DNA of 64,000 bases from a virus: the IMG/VR virus record IMGVR_UViG_3300021389_000005, positions 32,001 to 96,000 of that record; one strand, written 5' to 3'. A model generated the notes under the pieces. That model was not told the DNA's origin, searched no databases, and was given only the letters and a program-made list of their open reading frames with translations. The position numbers were made by a program, and so were the translations under genes. Of the stretch, positions 1-10,056 are shown piece after piece (the stretch's first letter is position 1; each line of letters begins with the position of its first letter).

Positions 1-1
1 T

Positions 2-3000
2 ACATATGCTATTTCTGTTCAGCCCACAAAAGGTGTTGCCACATTAGATACAGCTAATTCTACAGTTTCATATATACCAAACGGTGGTGAAACTGGACCT
101 GATTCAATAATATTGACTGCGACAGACAGCCAAGGATCTCCAACAGACACTAACATTACTATTGCTATTCAATTTCCGGCATATTTTGAAATTTTAGCAA
201 CTTCATTTTTTAATAATGAAGATGACGCATGTTTAGATCCTGCAACAGTTGCAGTTTGGTTTTCTACACAAAACGCAACACAAATAAGCGATCTTGCTGT
301 AGGTGACAAAATATACAACGATGCCAATGGAAATGGTGTTTATGCTTCTGGATTTTGTAAAATACAACAAGGATCTTTAGAAAAAGTTGTACAGATAGGA
401 TCTGATGGAGCTATTCTATCGATTGATAATTGTGATGCTCAATCTAATTTATTTCAATCAACTAGAGTTAGATATTCTGGGTCGGAAACAAATTTATGTA
501 ATGATCTTGGAGGTGAAGTAGTTGATATATTTTATGGAATTTCAAACCCTTCGGATCCATCACAAGACATAGCAACACTTGTTGCAAATAACACACCATT
601 GTTTGTTAGTAGTTATAGAGCAAATCAATATGCTAACGGATTTAACAATGATTTAGAAGGCTTAATACCTGCAGGTTTATATCAAGGACTCACTGAACCA
701 GTCTTTTATTTTAAAAGAGGTGGCGATGATTCTTGGATTACAGTCAATCCGAATGATTATCAATTCAAATGTCCTGATCCTATTGTATATGACACATTTA
801 GTTTAGGATTATTAAGCTATGATACCAGCGTTGACGATCTTTGTAATTCAAACACCGACAGCATTGAAATATTTTATAGATTACCACAAGTTGATGGATT
901 TTCACAGTCGGCTGCAACTCTACTTGAAATAGCACAAGGTAATATCCCAATATTTACAAGTGAAAGAGCGGCCACTGAAAACTTAATAGATGGTTTGGCT
1001 CCAAGTGGAGTATATTCTATTGATACGGATGAATATTTTGTATGGAACAACGAAGGTGATGGATTTGAATATAACTGGTATGGCTTTAATAGTCAAAATC
1101 AATTTGTAAAAGATTCACAAATTACACGACCTGGAAACTGTTCACAATATGTTAGACCTGACATGAGCAATAATGTAGGTGTAACAACAGGTGACGGTGG
1201 ATTAAATGACACTAATGTATATTATGCGTTTTATTCATGTGCTGCAAATACTGATCAAGAAAATATATTAGGAACCGTTTCTCAATACTGGAATTTATAT
1301 GTAGTAGATGCTGGCTTTGATATGACGCTAACAGATGAAGGTAATTCAGTAGAAGTAGGGGAAAGCCCACTTAAAGGATTTTTAGAAAGCCTTAACTTAG
1401 CACCTAATGAATCTGTAACAATTAAACCAAATGGATTTGATTGTTTAACATATGTACATACAGTATGGTCAGAAACTATAAGCGATGCAATAAATGTTCT
1501 TAAGGTTAAAGGATTCGATACAAATGGAATTAAGATATCTGCTACTAACGCGGTTGATCTAGGTTTTGGAAGTGAGAATGAAATTTATTCATATGCAGAA
1601 TCTGGATGCCAAGCATGTAAAGATGACGTTGCACCATTAGCGACATACACTTTACCGTTTATTGACGGTGATGTTATTGAAGCATTAGGTCCTAACTTTA
1701 ATCTAGAAACTAATTATAAATTAGATAATGTTTCTAGACCTCTTTTAAGAACAAATCCTAAACTTACAACAAATATTAAATTAGTAGTAAATGAAAGCGA
1801 TAATCTATATTTAGAAAGTATAAACGCAACTAAAGAATTGGCATCAATCGAGTATAAAAAGTTTCCAATTAATAAAGATGGAAAATATTCATATGACGTT
1901 GCTAATTTTTATAATGTAAACATGACTCCCAATAAGATCATGTTCCAAACTAAAAGAGATTATTCTGATATTACCGTTTTAGATAGTTATGAAAAACAAA
2001 TTGAGGAATCATATCAATATGGTGCTAATTACAACTTCTCTAAAGCACATGAAGAAGACTTTAGAATTTTTGCTCCAATTTGGTTAGATACACATATACC
2101 TAGAAATTTTGTTATCTACAGAGTTAACGATCCTGTGGGTTCTTTGGATCTAAAGGACAACGCTGCTGATAATTTTAGAAGAATACAAAATCTTCTTCAA
2201 AATGCAGAGATTATTAAATCATTTGATTTAACTAGAAATTCTAACATTGGTACGTATTTAAGAAACCACGTCCAAGATGAAACTTTCCCTAAATCTCCGA
2301 TTACTGTTAATTTTGAAAAGAAAGAAAAATCTAGTTTTAACGGTATAGATCTTATTAAAGGTGGATTTACTAGCAAGGGTGAATACTTATATAAAGATTA
2401 CATCTTAACTGATAAACCTTTAATAGAGGCTAATGATTATATCACAGATGCCTTTAGAAGAAATGAAATCGCATCAGCAAATCTAATTAATTTAGAATTT
2501 TTATTTAATGATAACCTAGCAGAAGACTATAGTGTAAATAGATATTTCGGATTATTCGTAGACGAAATAGATTCTGGATATGGTAGAATATTTTCAATAG
2601 ACGGTAAAATTCATCAGTTTAAAGAATTAAATTCTTTAGTGGATCCATCATTACCAGAAACAGCAATACCATCACATAAGCAAGTTACTACTATGCCAAT
2701 GTTGGCATATGCAAGCGCAGGTAATAGATTTTTCAATATTTCTAGCAACACAGTATATGATGATAGTGAATGGAAAGTTGCAATAGAAGATGGTGATAAT
2801 TACATATCTAGTCAATTAGGCATAAAACAAACTGGCAGGTCAATTGATCTGGTTGAAAACAATGATCATGGCTACGACTTCATTAAGCTAAATGTAGTAA
2901 ATACGCCGTACACTAACGATTCACTAGGGATCACTAATATCAAAGAGGAAGCTAATAAATTTACGTTTATTAAGCACGTCGAAGGTGAAGTAATTGTATT

Positions 3001-6000
3001 TGCTATTGATAATCCTTTAGATATAAATACACCTAAAACATTTTCAATAACAACATCTGCAGAAATGCCAGATACCGTTAAAACTATTTTTAATAAAGTA
3101 ACTGCAGGTACGGATTTAGATGGGCAACCTCTTAATGCTGGAACCGGAGTTGGTGAACTAGAAGATTCTGAATTATTTAGAGATATTTTTGATATAACGT
3201 TTGATAGCGTAAACCTAACGGGTGTTAAAAGTTTCTTTTTTACAGAAAAAATAGCAAATTTAGGTGATTTAAATCTAAGAATAATTTCACAGGGAGATTG
3301 TATTATTAGAAACGACGAAATCCAAACTAATTTAAATCTACAAAATAGCATATACAGGGCAGAATCACAATTAGAATCAAAAAGATTCGAAGGATATAGA
3401 TACTCCAATCAAGGTACATCTACCGATATAGCAGTAGCATTGGCAGCATGTATTGATAGTAACGAAACTAGGTTTTCAGCATATAATGTCGGATCTTCGG
3501 TTTATATTGTAAGCGCTGTTTCAGGTTATGAATTAATGCAATCTTGTTTACTATTAGGAAAGGGTAATGTTAATGAATTCTTAAGTATAGATAATGCTGA
3601 CACATTTAATAGATTACAATTAAGAGAATCTATAGACCTATTACCTGGTCATGCTATTCTAGAAAATTATGATTCTTATTTCTTATCTGGAGGAAATGCA
3701 CCTGGAAAATCAGTATTTGTAAATAATGAAACACTCAGCGAAATAAGCGCTAATGATTATATAGAAACAGAATATAAGGGCGTTTATAACAAGGTGATTG
3801 ATGTGGTAGAAGATATTACTAGAACCGACAGTGAATATTCTAAAATAATATTAGAAAACAAAAACGACTTAAAAGACGGTGACAGTAAAGTTTATTACGA
3901 AAACGAGGTTAGACTTGGTTTATTTTCTGCATACAACATATATGACTTAAACGTTGATTTTTATGACACTTCTAATTCTGATATAAAAGAGTTAGCGTAT
4001 GAAACTCAATCTGAAATAGATTATGAGCCTTACACGAATGCCATAAACAATGTAGATCCTACTACTGGAATTGAAACCACAATATTAGGAGCTAGAGATA
4101 TTTTTAGCGAGGATTTTGAATTAAACCCTATTGATTATTTTTCTAATCTATCTAAGATACTGACTGAAGAATCAGTTGATGATGAAGACGATGTTCAAAT
4201 AACTTCAGAATATGATAGACTTAAGGAAAATAACCTAAAACAATATGCTATTAATTCTAGAATAGTACCAAATATTAATAAATGGGTACTTAAAGATACA
4301 GTTACTGTAAGAGAGCAGCCATATTATTTAAATGTTAACGAAGCTTTTGGTAGAACTAATTTTTCTCCAGATTTAACTGTATCTGAAAGAAATAGAGAAT
4401 CAATGACACATGAGTGGTTTTACATTGAAAAACCACCAAAATATTTAAAGTATAACGAAATCAACGATACTTTTAGTTATGTTAATTTTATAGAGGGGTT
4501 TGATTTAAGCGCCAACTTATTTAGAAGCACAACTAATGATTATTTTAATGCATTTATGGTAAGTGATGGTTTTGAAAAAACACTTACTGAAGAAGATTTA
4601 GTAGATATTTACGATGATATTTTAGAAGGTGATCCTGAAATAAATTCAATAGGAGGTTCAATTACTTCGTTTATTAAAACCAATATACTAAAAAAATATT
4701 CATTAATAAGCGGTGGTAATAATATGTCACATGCTAGTACTATATTTAAAGGAATTAAAGTTGATTTTAAAAATAGAAAAGAATTTTTAAATCCAATTGC
4801 AACAGAAGTTGTGAAGAGTAGCGAATTTAATGGTTATAAATTTAGCGTATTGCTTAAAGTAAACGAAGACGCTAGTACGAATAGTATATCGTATGAAGTA
4901 ATTCAAAATAAAAAGTTTAAATTCGTTATAATGTACATTACATTGAATTTAGGTGATTATTGGATTGACAACAATATGAATAGAAAACTTCTTTATGAAT
5001 TAAATCACAAAATAGTGTTTGATTCTGACCAAGAAGATTTTACATACGCAGATACTAAATTTAACGGTGCATTACAATTTAATGACCCTTCTATTAACTG
5101 GTCAGACGAAGGACCTTACACAATTCCTGGTATATCGCACACAAATGGATCTTTACCAAAATTTGATTCTCAAATAACACTGGGCGATGATGGTCTATAC
5201 GGAGAGATTCTTTTAGATTTATTTCCGAATGACGATACTAATTCTATCTATAAAGTTTCAGTAACTGCAGTAGATTCAGATAATTCATTAAAAATATCTG
5301 GTAAGCCTGTCAATATATCTGATAGTACTGATATTTTAAATGTTGAATTCTTACCTAATTCTATCCAAAGAGGTGCAGAATACACATATGTCGGTGGTGG
5401 AGCCAACGCACATAAAGTTATTTTAGAAAAGCTAACGGCAAAATCAGTTGCAGATTTAGTTAACCTAAACAACGACGAGATTGTATACACTACTGTTGAT
5501 GTTGATGGAACAGTACATAACAATAGATTTGTTATAAACTTTAGTGATGGAACAGAAGTAATACAAAGGTCTGAGCTTAATATAGAAGAAGATACTGATA
5601 AGCCTAAAAGTTTTAAATTATTTAAAGGTAATATAGGTTATAATTTAATGTCAGAATCTGAATACTATCCATTTTTAATTAGACATAATGGAAACTACAC
5701 GGTAGACATGAAGCCTGTCGTTACATTTACAGATCCATATTCTCACTTTAAAGTTAATAGGTTGCATTTAACAAATAATGCAAATGAACTTAAATTTGAG
5801 GAATTACTATATAAACACTCTTTAACAAACTTAAGTGAATTTAATAGAGCAGATGCATATTATAGAAGATATAACAGGTGTGGTGTTATGTTTAACTTAG
5901 GTTTTATTAGTGATGATGGAACTCATGATTCAAATTGGGGATTAATTCAAAATCATTTCTATCATAAAGTAAATGAAATTAATCCGAGCGGTGTAACTAA

Positions 6001-6721
6001 ACTTTCAACAACGAGTGATAAGTTGCCACTATACCCACTTATTGGAGAGATTGCTATTGATAAAAAAGACATTAATGTATTTAGATCCTCTTGGGATTCT
6101 GAATATTATACTAGGTCATTAGCCGGTGGAAATTCTACCAATATACCTGGTACATTTGATACACATGAAGAAAGATCTTATTTAGCATCAACTATTATGA
6201 AGCCTAAATATTCATATGAACTTCTTGATTTTAATACATCTTATGTTAATTCTGAAGAAGAATTGGACGAAATTCTGATAAACAGTGCTAATACAAGTGA
6301 CGTTGTAGTATTCGAAAATATAAATTACATAATAGCAGATTTTTATGTGGCTGATATTTTAATTACTAAACTAGCAAAAGAAGGTGTACTAGAAAGTATT
6401 TCACAATACGTTACTCCATCTAATTCGGCTGGAAATAAAGAAACGTTAACGGACGATGCATTAATGTATGCTGAAAATAATTTAATAGAAACATATATTT
6501 TAGATTCTATTAGATTGTACACTAAACAATTTAAAGGTAAAGGTTCTAAGATTATAAATGCGGTAACTATTGATCAATTAGACAGTGACGGATTTACTCT
6601 TGATAAGAATAATTTTGCATATAGAAGTCATGTGCAAAAGCCAATGAATTTTAGGTTGATATATAATAAAAGATTAGGCTACTCTTATGATATAAAACCT
6701 ATGATAAAAATAAAGTCATAA
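2..6721 (+). CDS. Very large virion structural protein (tail/baseplate-associated), 5'-truncated, with Ig/cadherin-like and Cys-containing repeats at the N-terminus
   Basis: The frame is open from base 2 (TYAISVQPTKGVATL...VSYIPN..GPDSIILTATDSQG, a Big_9/cadherin-like pattern), so the TTG at 113 is not the true start. More than 2200 aa, followed by fibre genes. Confidence 0.6.
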   Translation, partial: TYAISVQPTKGVATLDTANSTVSYIPNGGETGPDSIILTATDSQGSPTDTNITIAIQFPAYFEILATSFFNNEDDACLDPATVAVWFSTQNATQISDLAVGDKIYNDANGNGVYASGFCKIQQGSLEKVVQIGSDGAILSIDNCDAQSNLFQSTRVRYSGSETNLCNDLGGEVVDIFYGISNPSDPSQDIATLVANNTPLFVSSYRANQYANGFNNDLEGLIPAGLYQGLTEPVFYFKRGGDDSWITVNPNDYQFKCPDPIVYDTFSLGLLSYDTSVDDLCNSNTDSIEIFYRLPQVDGFSQSAATLLEIAQGNIPIFTSERAATENLIDGLAPSGVYSIDTDEYFVWNNEGDGFEYNWYGFNSQNQFVKDSQITRPGNCSQYVRPDMSNNVGVTTGDGGLNDTNVYYAFYSCAANTDQENILGTVSQYWNLYVVDAGFDMTLTDEGNSVEVGESPLKGFLESLNLAPNESVTIKPNGFDCLTYVHTVWSETISDAINVLKVKGFDTNGIKISATNAVDLGFGSENEIYSYAESGCQACKDDVAPLATYTLPFIDGDVIEALGPNFNLETNYKLDNVSRPLLRTNPKLTTNIKLVVNESDNLYLESINATKELASIEYKKFPINKDGKYSYDVANFYNVNMTPNKIMFQTKRDYSDITVLDSYEKQIEESYQYGANYNFSKAHEEDFRIFAPIWLDTHIPRNFVIYRVNDPVGSLDLKDNAADNFRRIQNLLQNAEIIKSFDLTRNSNIGTYLRNHVQDETFPKSPITVNFEKKEKSSFNGIDLIKGGFTSKGEYLYKDYILTDKPLIEANDYITDAFRRNEIASANLINLEFLFNDNLAEDYSVNRYFGLFVDEIDSGYGRIFSIDGKIHQFKELNSLVDPSLPETAIPSHKQVTTMPMLAYASAGNRFFNISSNTVYDDSEWKVAIEDGDNYISSQLGIKQTGRSIDLVENNDHGYDFIKLNVVNTPYTNDSLGITNIKEEANKFTFIKHVEGEVIVFAIDNPLDINTPKTFSITTSAEMPDTVKTIFNKVTAGTDLDGQPLNAGTGVGELEDSELFRDIFDITFDSVNLTGVKSFFFTEKIANLGDLNLRIISQGDCIIRNDEIQTNLNLQNSIYRAESQLESKRFEGYRYSNQGTSTDIAVALAACIDSNETRFSAYNVGSSVYIVSAVSGYELMQSCLLLGKGNVNEFLSIDNADTFNRLQLRESIDLLPGHAILENYDSYFLSGGNAPGKSVFVNNETLSEISANDYIETEYKGVYNKVIDVVEDITRTDSEYSKIILENKNDLKDGDSKVYYENEVRLGLFSAYNIYDLNVDFYDTSNSDIKELAYETQSEIDYEPYTNAINNVDPTTGIETTILGARDIFSEDFELNPIDYFSNLSKILTEESVDDEDDVQITSEYDRLKENNLKQYAINSRIVPNINKWVLKDTVTVREQPYYLNVNEAFGRTNFSPDLTVSERNRESMTHEWFYIEKPPKYLKYNEINDTFSYVNFIEGFDLSANLFRSTTNDYFNAFMVSDGFEKTLTEEDLVDIYDDILEGDPEINSIGGSITSFIKTNILKKYSLISGGNNMSHASTIFKGIKVDFKNRKEFLNPIATEVVKSSEFNGYKFSVLLKVNEDASTNSISYEVIQNKKFKFVIMYITLNLGDYWIDNNMNRKLLYELNHKIVFDSDQEDFTYADTKFNGALQFNDPSINWSDEGPYTIPGISHTNGSLPKFDSQITLGDDGLYGEILLDLFPNDDTNSIYKVSVTAVDSDNSLKISGKPVNISDSTDILNVEFLPNSIQRGAEYTYVGGGANAHKVILEKLTAKSVADLVNLNNDEIVYTTVDVDGTVHNNRFVINFSDGTEVIQRSELNIEEDTDKPKSFKLFKGNIGYNLMSESEYYPFLIRHNGNYTVDMKPVVTFTDPYSHFKVNRLHLTNNANELKFEELLYKHSLTNLSEFNRADAYYRRYNRCGVMFNLGFISDDGTHDSNWGLIQNHFYHKVNEINPSGVTKLSTTSDKLPLYPLIGEIAIDKKDINVFRSSWDSEYYTRSLAGGNSTNIPGTFDTHEERSYLASTIMKPKYSYELLDFNTSYVNSEEELDEILINSANTSDVVVFENINYIIADFYVADILITKLAKEGVLESISQYVTPSNSAGNKETLTDDALMYAENNLIETYILDSIRLYTKQFKGKGSKIINAVTIDQLDSDGFTLDKNNFAYRSHVQKPMNFRLIYNKRLGYSYDIKPMIKIKS

Positions 6722-6722
6722 A

Positions 6723-8237
6723 ATGGCAATCAACATTAGAGAAATATTACATCCAAGTGATTCTGATTCTATTAAGTTTGAGAAAATCAACTATAATTTT
6801 GACCAGATACTTGCAAACGGAGGAGGTCCAAGAGGGCTAAAGGGACAAAAAGGTGATCAGGGAAATCCAGGTTTAACTGGAACCAAAGGTGATCAAGGAC
6901 TAAAAGGTGATCAGGGACTAAAAGGTGAAACTGGTACTACTAATACTCCATGGTCTTCTGTGGATCCAAGTAACGACACTACTTATAAAATTTTAAAACC
7001 AAAGAGATTAGGTTTAACTTATACTCCGGTGGTTTTTATAGGTGATGAAACCTTCGATGAAACTTTAACACAAGACGGAACAAACACTGGAATCAACTCT
7101 AAATTAACTATAAAGAAAGATTCTATTGCCTTTGATAATTATATTACATTATTAGATGACATAAGTGGTGAAAAAATAGTATTTACAGGATCATATGACG
7201 GTGGTCAATCTATAACTAGATTTGCTATTCAAAATGCGTTTCAAGCTTCTAATATTCAGTTTGCAATAAGCGTAGATTATATAGATTTAGATTCTAATAA
7301 TAACACAAATATTACAGGTGGAGCTGGTGTTAATATCCAGTCTGGAGGAGACTCTAACATTAAATTAGAAACTCTAGGAAATGGAATATTAGATGTAGAT
7401 TCGAATGCTGAATTTAAAGGGTATGTTAAATTAAATAATACATCTGATCCAATAGCACCAAGTGCTGGTATGATTAGATACAATTCAAACACCAATACAT
7501 TTGAAGGTTATTTTGCTAGCAATGAGTGGAAAGAATTATGTACTGAATGTGGAGCTGGAGTATCTAACTCTGTAATTATAGGCGGTGGAAATATAGATGC
7601 AAATGCAGATGGAACTCCAGTTAATAGTAATAGTATCTCTATCGGTGGTGGAAATACACCAAGTGGAGATATAGATGCAAATGCAGATGGAACTCCAGTT
7701 GGATCTTCTCCAACTCCGACACCGAGTTCGAGTGCAATACCTCCAACTCCGACACCGAGCCCGTCAGAATCGACGCCTGCGCCTAGTAGTATTAGCATAA
7801 CGTTAGATGATCATAATGATTCAAGTTCAAGATACGATGGCTCATATCCATACCTTATTGGATTTACATTAGCTGGTACTCCAGAAGGACAGTCGCCTGT
7901 TGATCCTGATAATGTATCTGATACTAATATTACTATGACGGTAGATGGCCAAATGATGGCACAACAAACCAATACTAGTAAAGGAATTGTAACTTCATGG
8001 ACGGGTGATTATTTAGTAACTAAAAATATATCACCTCTTAACACTGTAACTGATGATATTGAACTAACATATGCGGGTGTAGGAGTTGGTGAAAACTTCT
8101 TCTATGAAGTTCAAGGTTCTCAGGTTGGTAACAATAAGGGTAATTTTGTACCTGCAACACCAACTCCGACACCAAGTTCGAGCCCGAGCCCAACGCCTCC
8201 CGCTAGTGGCAATTTGCAATACAATGTCAAAGGATAA
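6723..8237 (+). CDS. Collagen-like tail fibre/baseplate appendage protein
   Basis: N-terminal D..KINYNF motif typical of T4-like baseplate/fibre proteins, 12 Gly-X-Y triplets, GMIRYN..FEGY fibre motif, Pro/Thr/Ser linkers; late-type motif at 6658. Confidence 0.7.
   Translation: MAINIREILHPSDSDSIKFEKINYNFDQILANGGGPRGLKGQKGDQGNPGLTGTKGDQGLKGDQGLKGETGTTNTPWSSVDPSNDTTYKILKPKRLGLTYTPVVFIGDETFDETLTQDGTNTGINSKLTIKKDSIAFDNYITLLDDISGEKIVFTGSYDGGQSITRFAIQNAFQASNIQFAISVDYIDLDSNNNTNITGGAGVNIQSGGDSNIKLETLGNGILDVDSNAEFKGYVKLNNTSDPIAPSAGMIRYNSNTNTFEGYFASNEWKELCTECGAGVSNSVIIGGGNIDANADGTPVNSNSISIGGGNTPSGDIDANADGTPVGSSPTPTPSSSAIPPTPTPSPSESTPAPSSISITLDDHNDSSSRYDGSYPYLIGFTLAGTPEGQSPVDPDNVSDTNITMTVDGQMMAQQTNTSKGIVTSWTGDYLVTKNISPLNTVTDDIELTYAGVGVGENFFYEVQGSQVGNNKGNFVPATPTPTPSSSPSPTPPASGNLQYNVKG
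6825..6935 (+). repeat. Collagen Gly-X-Y repeat
   Basis: GPRGLKGQKGDQGNPGLTGTKGDQGLKGDQGLKGETG. Confidence 0.9.
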
Positions 8238-8283
8238 GAAAGAATTAAATATAAATATAAAAAGAAATAAAACAAAATAAAAA

Positions 8284-9228
8284 ATGGCACATACATACAC
8301 AAGAACAGTAACAGTAGTTCCAAGCGATGATAATTATGAATGGCAGAATCCTGCAGGGTGGATAACCATTAATCAAGTTGGAAGCTCTGATACGTGGGAG
8401 ATTACAGTATCTGATAATACGACTAGTCAAAATAGGTCAGCAATATTAACGGTTAATCATTCTGATGGTGCAACTACTAATTCTATTACAGTAAATCAAG
8501 CTGGTACAGGTGGAATAACAGCATCTCCAACTCCACAGCCTAGTCCAAGTTCGAGTGCAATACCTCCAACTCCGACACCAAGTAATTCGGCAGCAGCTGA
8601 AACAATAGCTGTTACATTTAATAACACATCACTTGCTAACTTTTTATTAGATGATGATAACGGTGGAAAAGGAGGAGGGGCAGGCTCAGCCTCACTAACA
8701 TATAGCTATAATTATAGCGGTACGACATCTGGGAATTTAGTACCTGTAATTACACAAATCGATCCTAGGATTTCGGTTACTTTTGCTCACGGTACATCTG
8801 CCGGCGGAGTTACATACGGTTCAATCTACATTAACAGTATAGACACTGGTGGTTGTCCAGCACAAGGTTTAACATTAACTGATTTAATAATATCTCATCC
8901 TGGTAATAGTAATGCAACATATACTTTAAATGGTAGCTTAACGCAAGCCTTTGTCTGTAATGATTTCCAAGTCTATAAAGGCACTAGCCCATCGAATGCA
9001 TGTCTCCAAATAGGAAGTGGAGCAGATACATATTCATCAGCTGATGCAACTTGGCAAAATGGAACGATATTATTTGACGGAGCCAACGGTTCAATAACAC
9101 CAGCAGAAGAAGACAGATATTACATACACCCTCTTGTTTCTTCTAATGCTATTTGGTACAATAGAATAGGTGGACTAGGTTTAGAATTAAGTACATCTCA
9201 ATGTAGTGATTTTAGTACATCTTCTTAA
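8284..9228 (+). CDS. BACON-domain virion adhesion/fibre protein
   Basis: W..PAGWIT...ITVSDNTTSQNRSAILTV...SITVNQAG fits the BACON pattern (W-I-T, N, R, final V-x-Q); a PT linker follows. Confidence 0.7.
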   Translation: MAHTYTRTVTVVPSDDNYEWQNPAGWITINQVGSSDTWEITVSDNTTSQNRSAILTVNHSDGATTNSITVNQAGTGGITASPTPQPSPSSSAIPPTPTPSNSAAAETIAVTFNNTSLANFLLDDDNGGKGGGAGSASLTYSYNYSGTTSGNLVPVITQIDPRISVTFAHGTSAGGVTYGSIYINSIDTGGCPAQGLTLTDLIISHPGNSNATYTLNGSLTQAFVCNDFQVYKGTSPSNACLQIGSGADTYSSADATWQNGTILFDGANGSITPAEEDRYYIHPLVSSNAIWYNRIGGLGLELSTSQCSDFSTSS

Positions 9229-9247
9229 AATAATAATATTATAAACA

Positions 9248-10051
9248 ATGGAAGTAATTAAGAAAATATTTGGCAATAAGAACACCCTAACATTTGTACT
9301 GGGTGCTCTTTTTGTGTTGTTATTTTTAAGACAATGCAACCAAGTGGCCTCTTTGAAACAAGATGTTAAATATGCACAAGAAGATGCTAGTATTTCTTTA
9401 AATAATTTGTTAGCTGCCCAAGATTCTGTTACTGTTTTAAAAAATGATAACGGTGATCAATTGGCACAGATAAGATCTTATAAAGTTGATTTATCAATTA
9501 AAGATAATAAGCTTCTCAAGATGACTAATAAGTATAAAAAAGCACTAGACTTAAATGATGATTTATCAGATGTTAATTCCTTGATATCTGCTGAATTAGA
9601 AATTAAAGATAGTTTACTAGCAAACACAAGCGTAACTCAAATAGATTCAACTACTGCTGAAGTTAAATATGAATCATTTAAAGATTATGGTAACGGTAAC
9701 AGCAGATCTCTATTTGGAACTTCTACATTAAAATATGATTTCGGTCAATTTAGAGTTTTAGATAGTAAATTTGAATTAAAACAAACGCTGAGTTTATTTG
9801 CCGCTATAGAAAATGTAGATGGTGCGGATAAATTAAAATTAAGTACTAGTTATCCTGGTATAGAAATTAAAGACATTGAAAACATAAACTTAATCAACAC
9901 TCGTTTAAATAGAAAACTTGAAAAAAAATCAGGGTGGTCTATTGGAATTGGAGTTGGTTATGGAATAAACTTAAATAATAATCAAGTAATTAGTACTGGT
10001 CCTTCTATTGGTTTAGGAGTGTATTGGTCACCTAAATTTTTGAGATTCTAA
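9248..10051 (+). CDS. Membrane-anchored coiled-coil protein with C-terminal aromatic beta-hairpin; putative spanin/lysis protein
   Basis: N-terminal TM (LTFVLGALFVLLFL), coiled coil, C-terminus WSIGIGVGYG...GPSIGLGVYW..F as in Bacteroidota phage lysis-region proteins. Confidence 0.5.
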   Translation: MEVIKKIFGNKNTLTFVLGALFVLLFLRQCNQVASLKQDVKYAQEDASISLNNLLAAQDSVTVLKNDNGDQLAQIRSYKVDLSIKDNKLLKMTNKYKKALDLNDDLSDVNSLISAELEIKDSLLANTSVTQIDSTTAEVKYESFKDYGNGNSRSLFGTSTLKYDFGQFRVLDSKFELKQTLSLFAAIENVDGADKLKLSTSYPGIEIKDIENINLINTRLNRKLEKKSGWSIGIGVGYGINLNNNQVISTGPSIGLGVYWSPKFLRF

Positions 10052-10056
10052 ACAAT

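Noticed and set aside
113-115. TTG start of the 2202-aa ORF
   Set aside because: The frame is open back to base 2 with continuous Ig-like sequence, so the gene starts outside the window.
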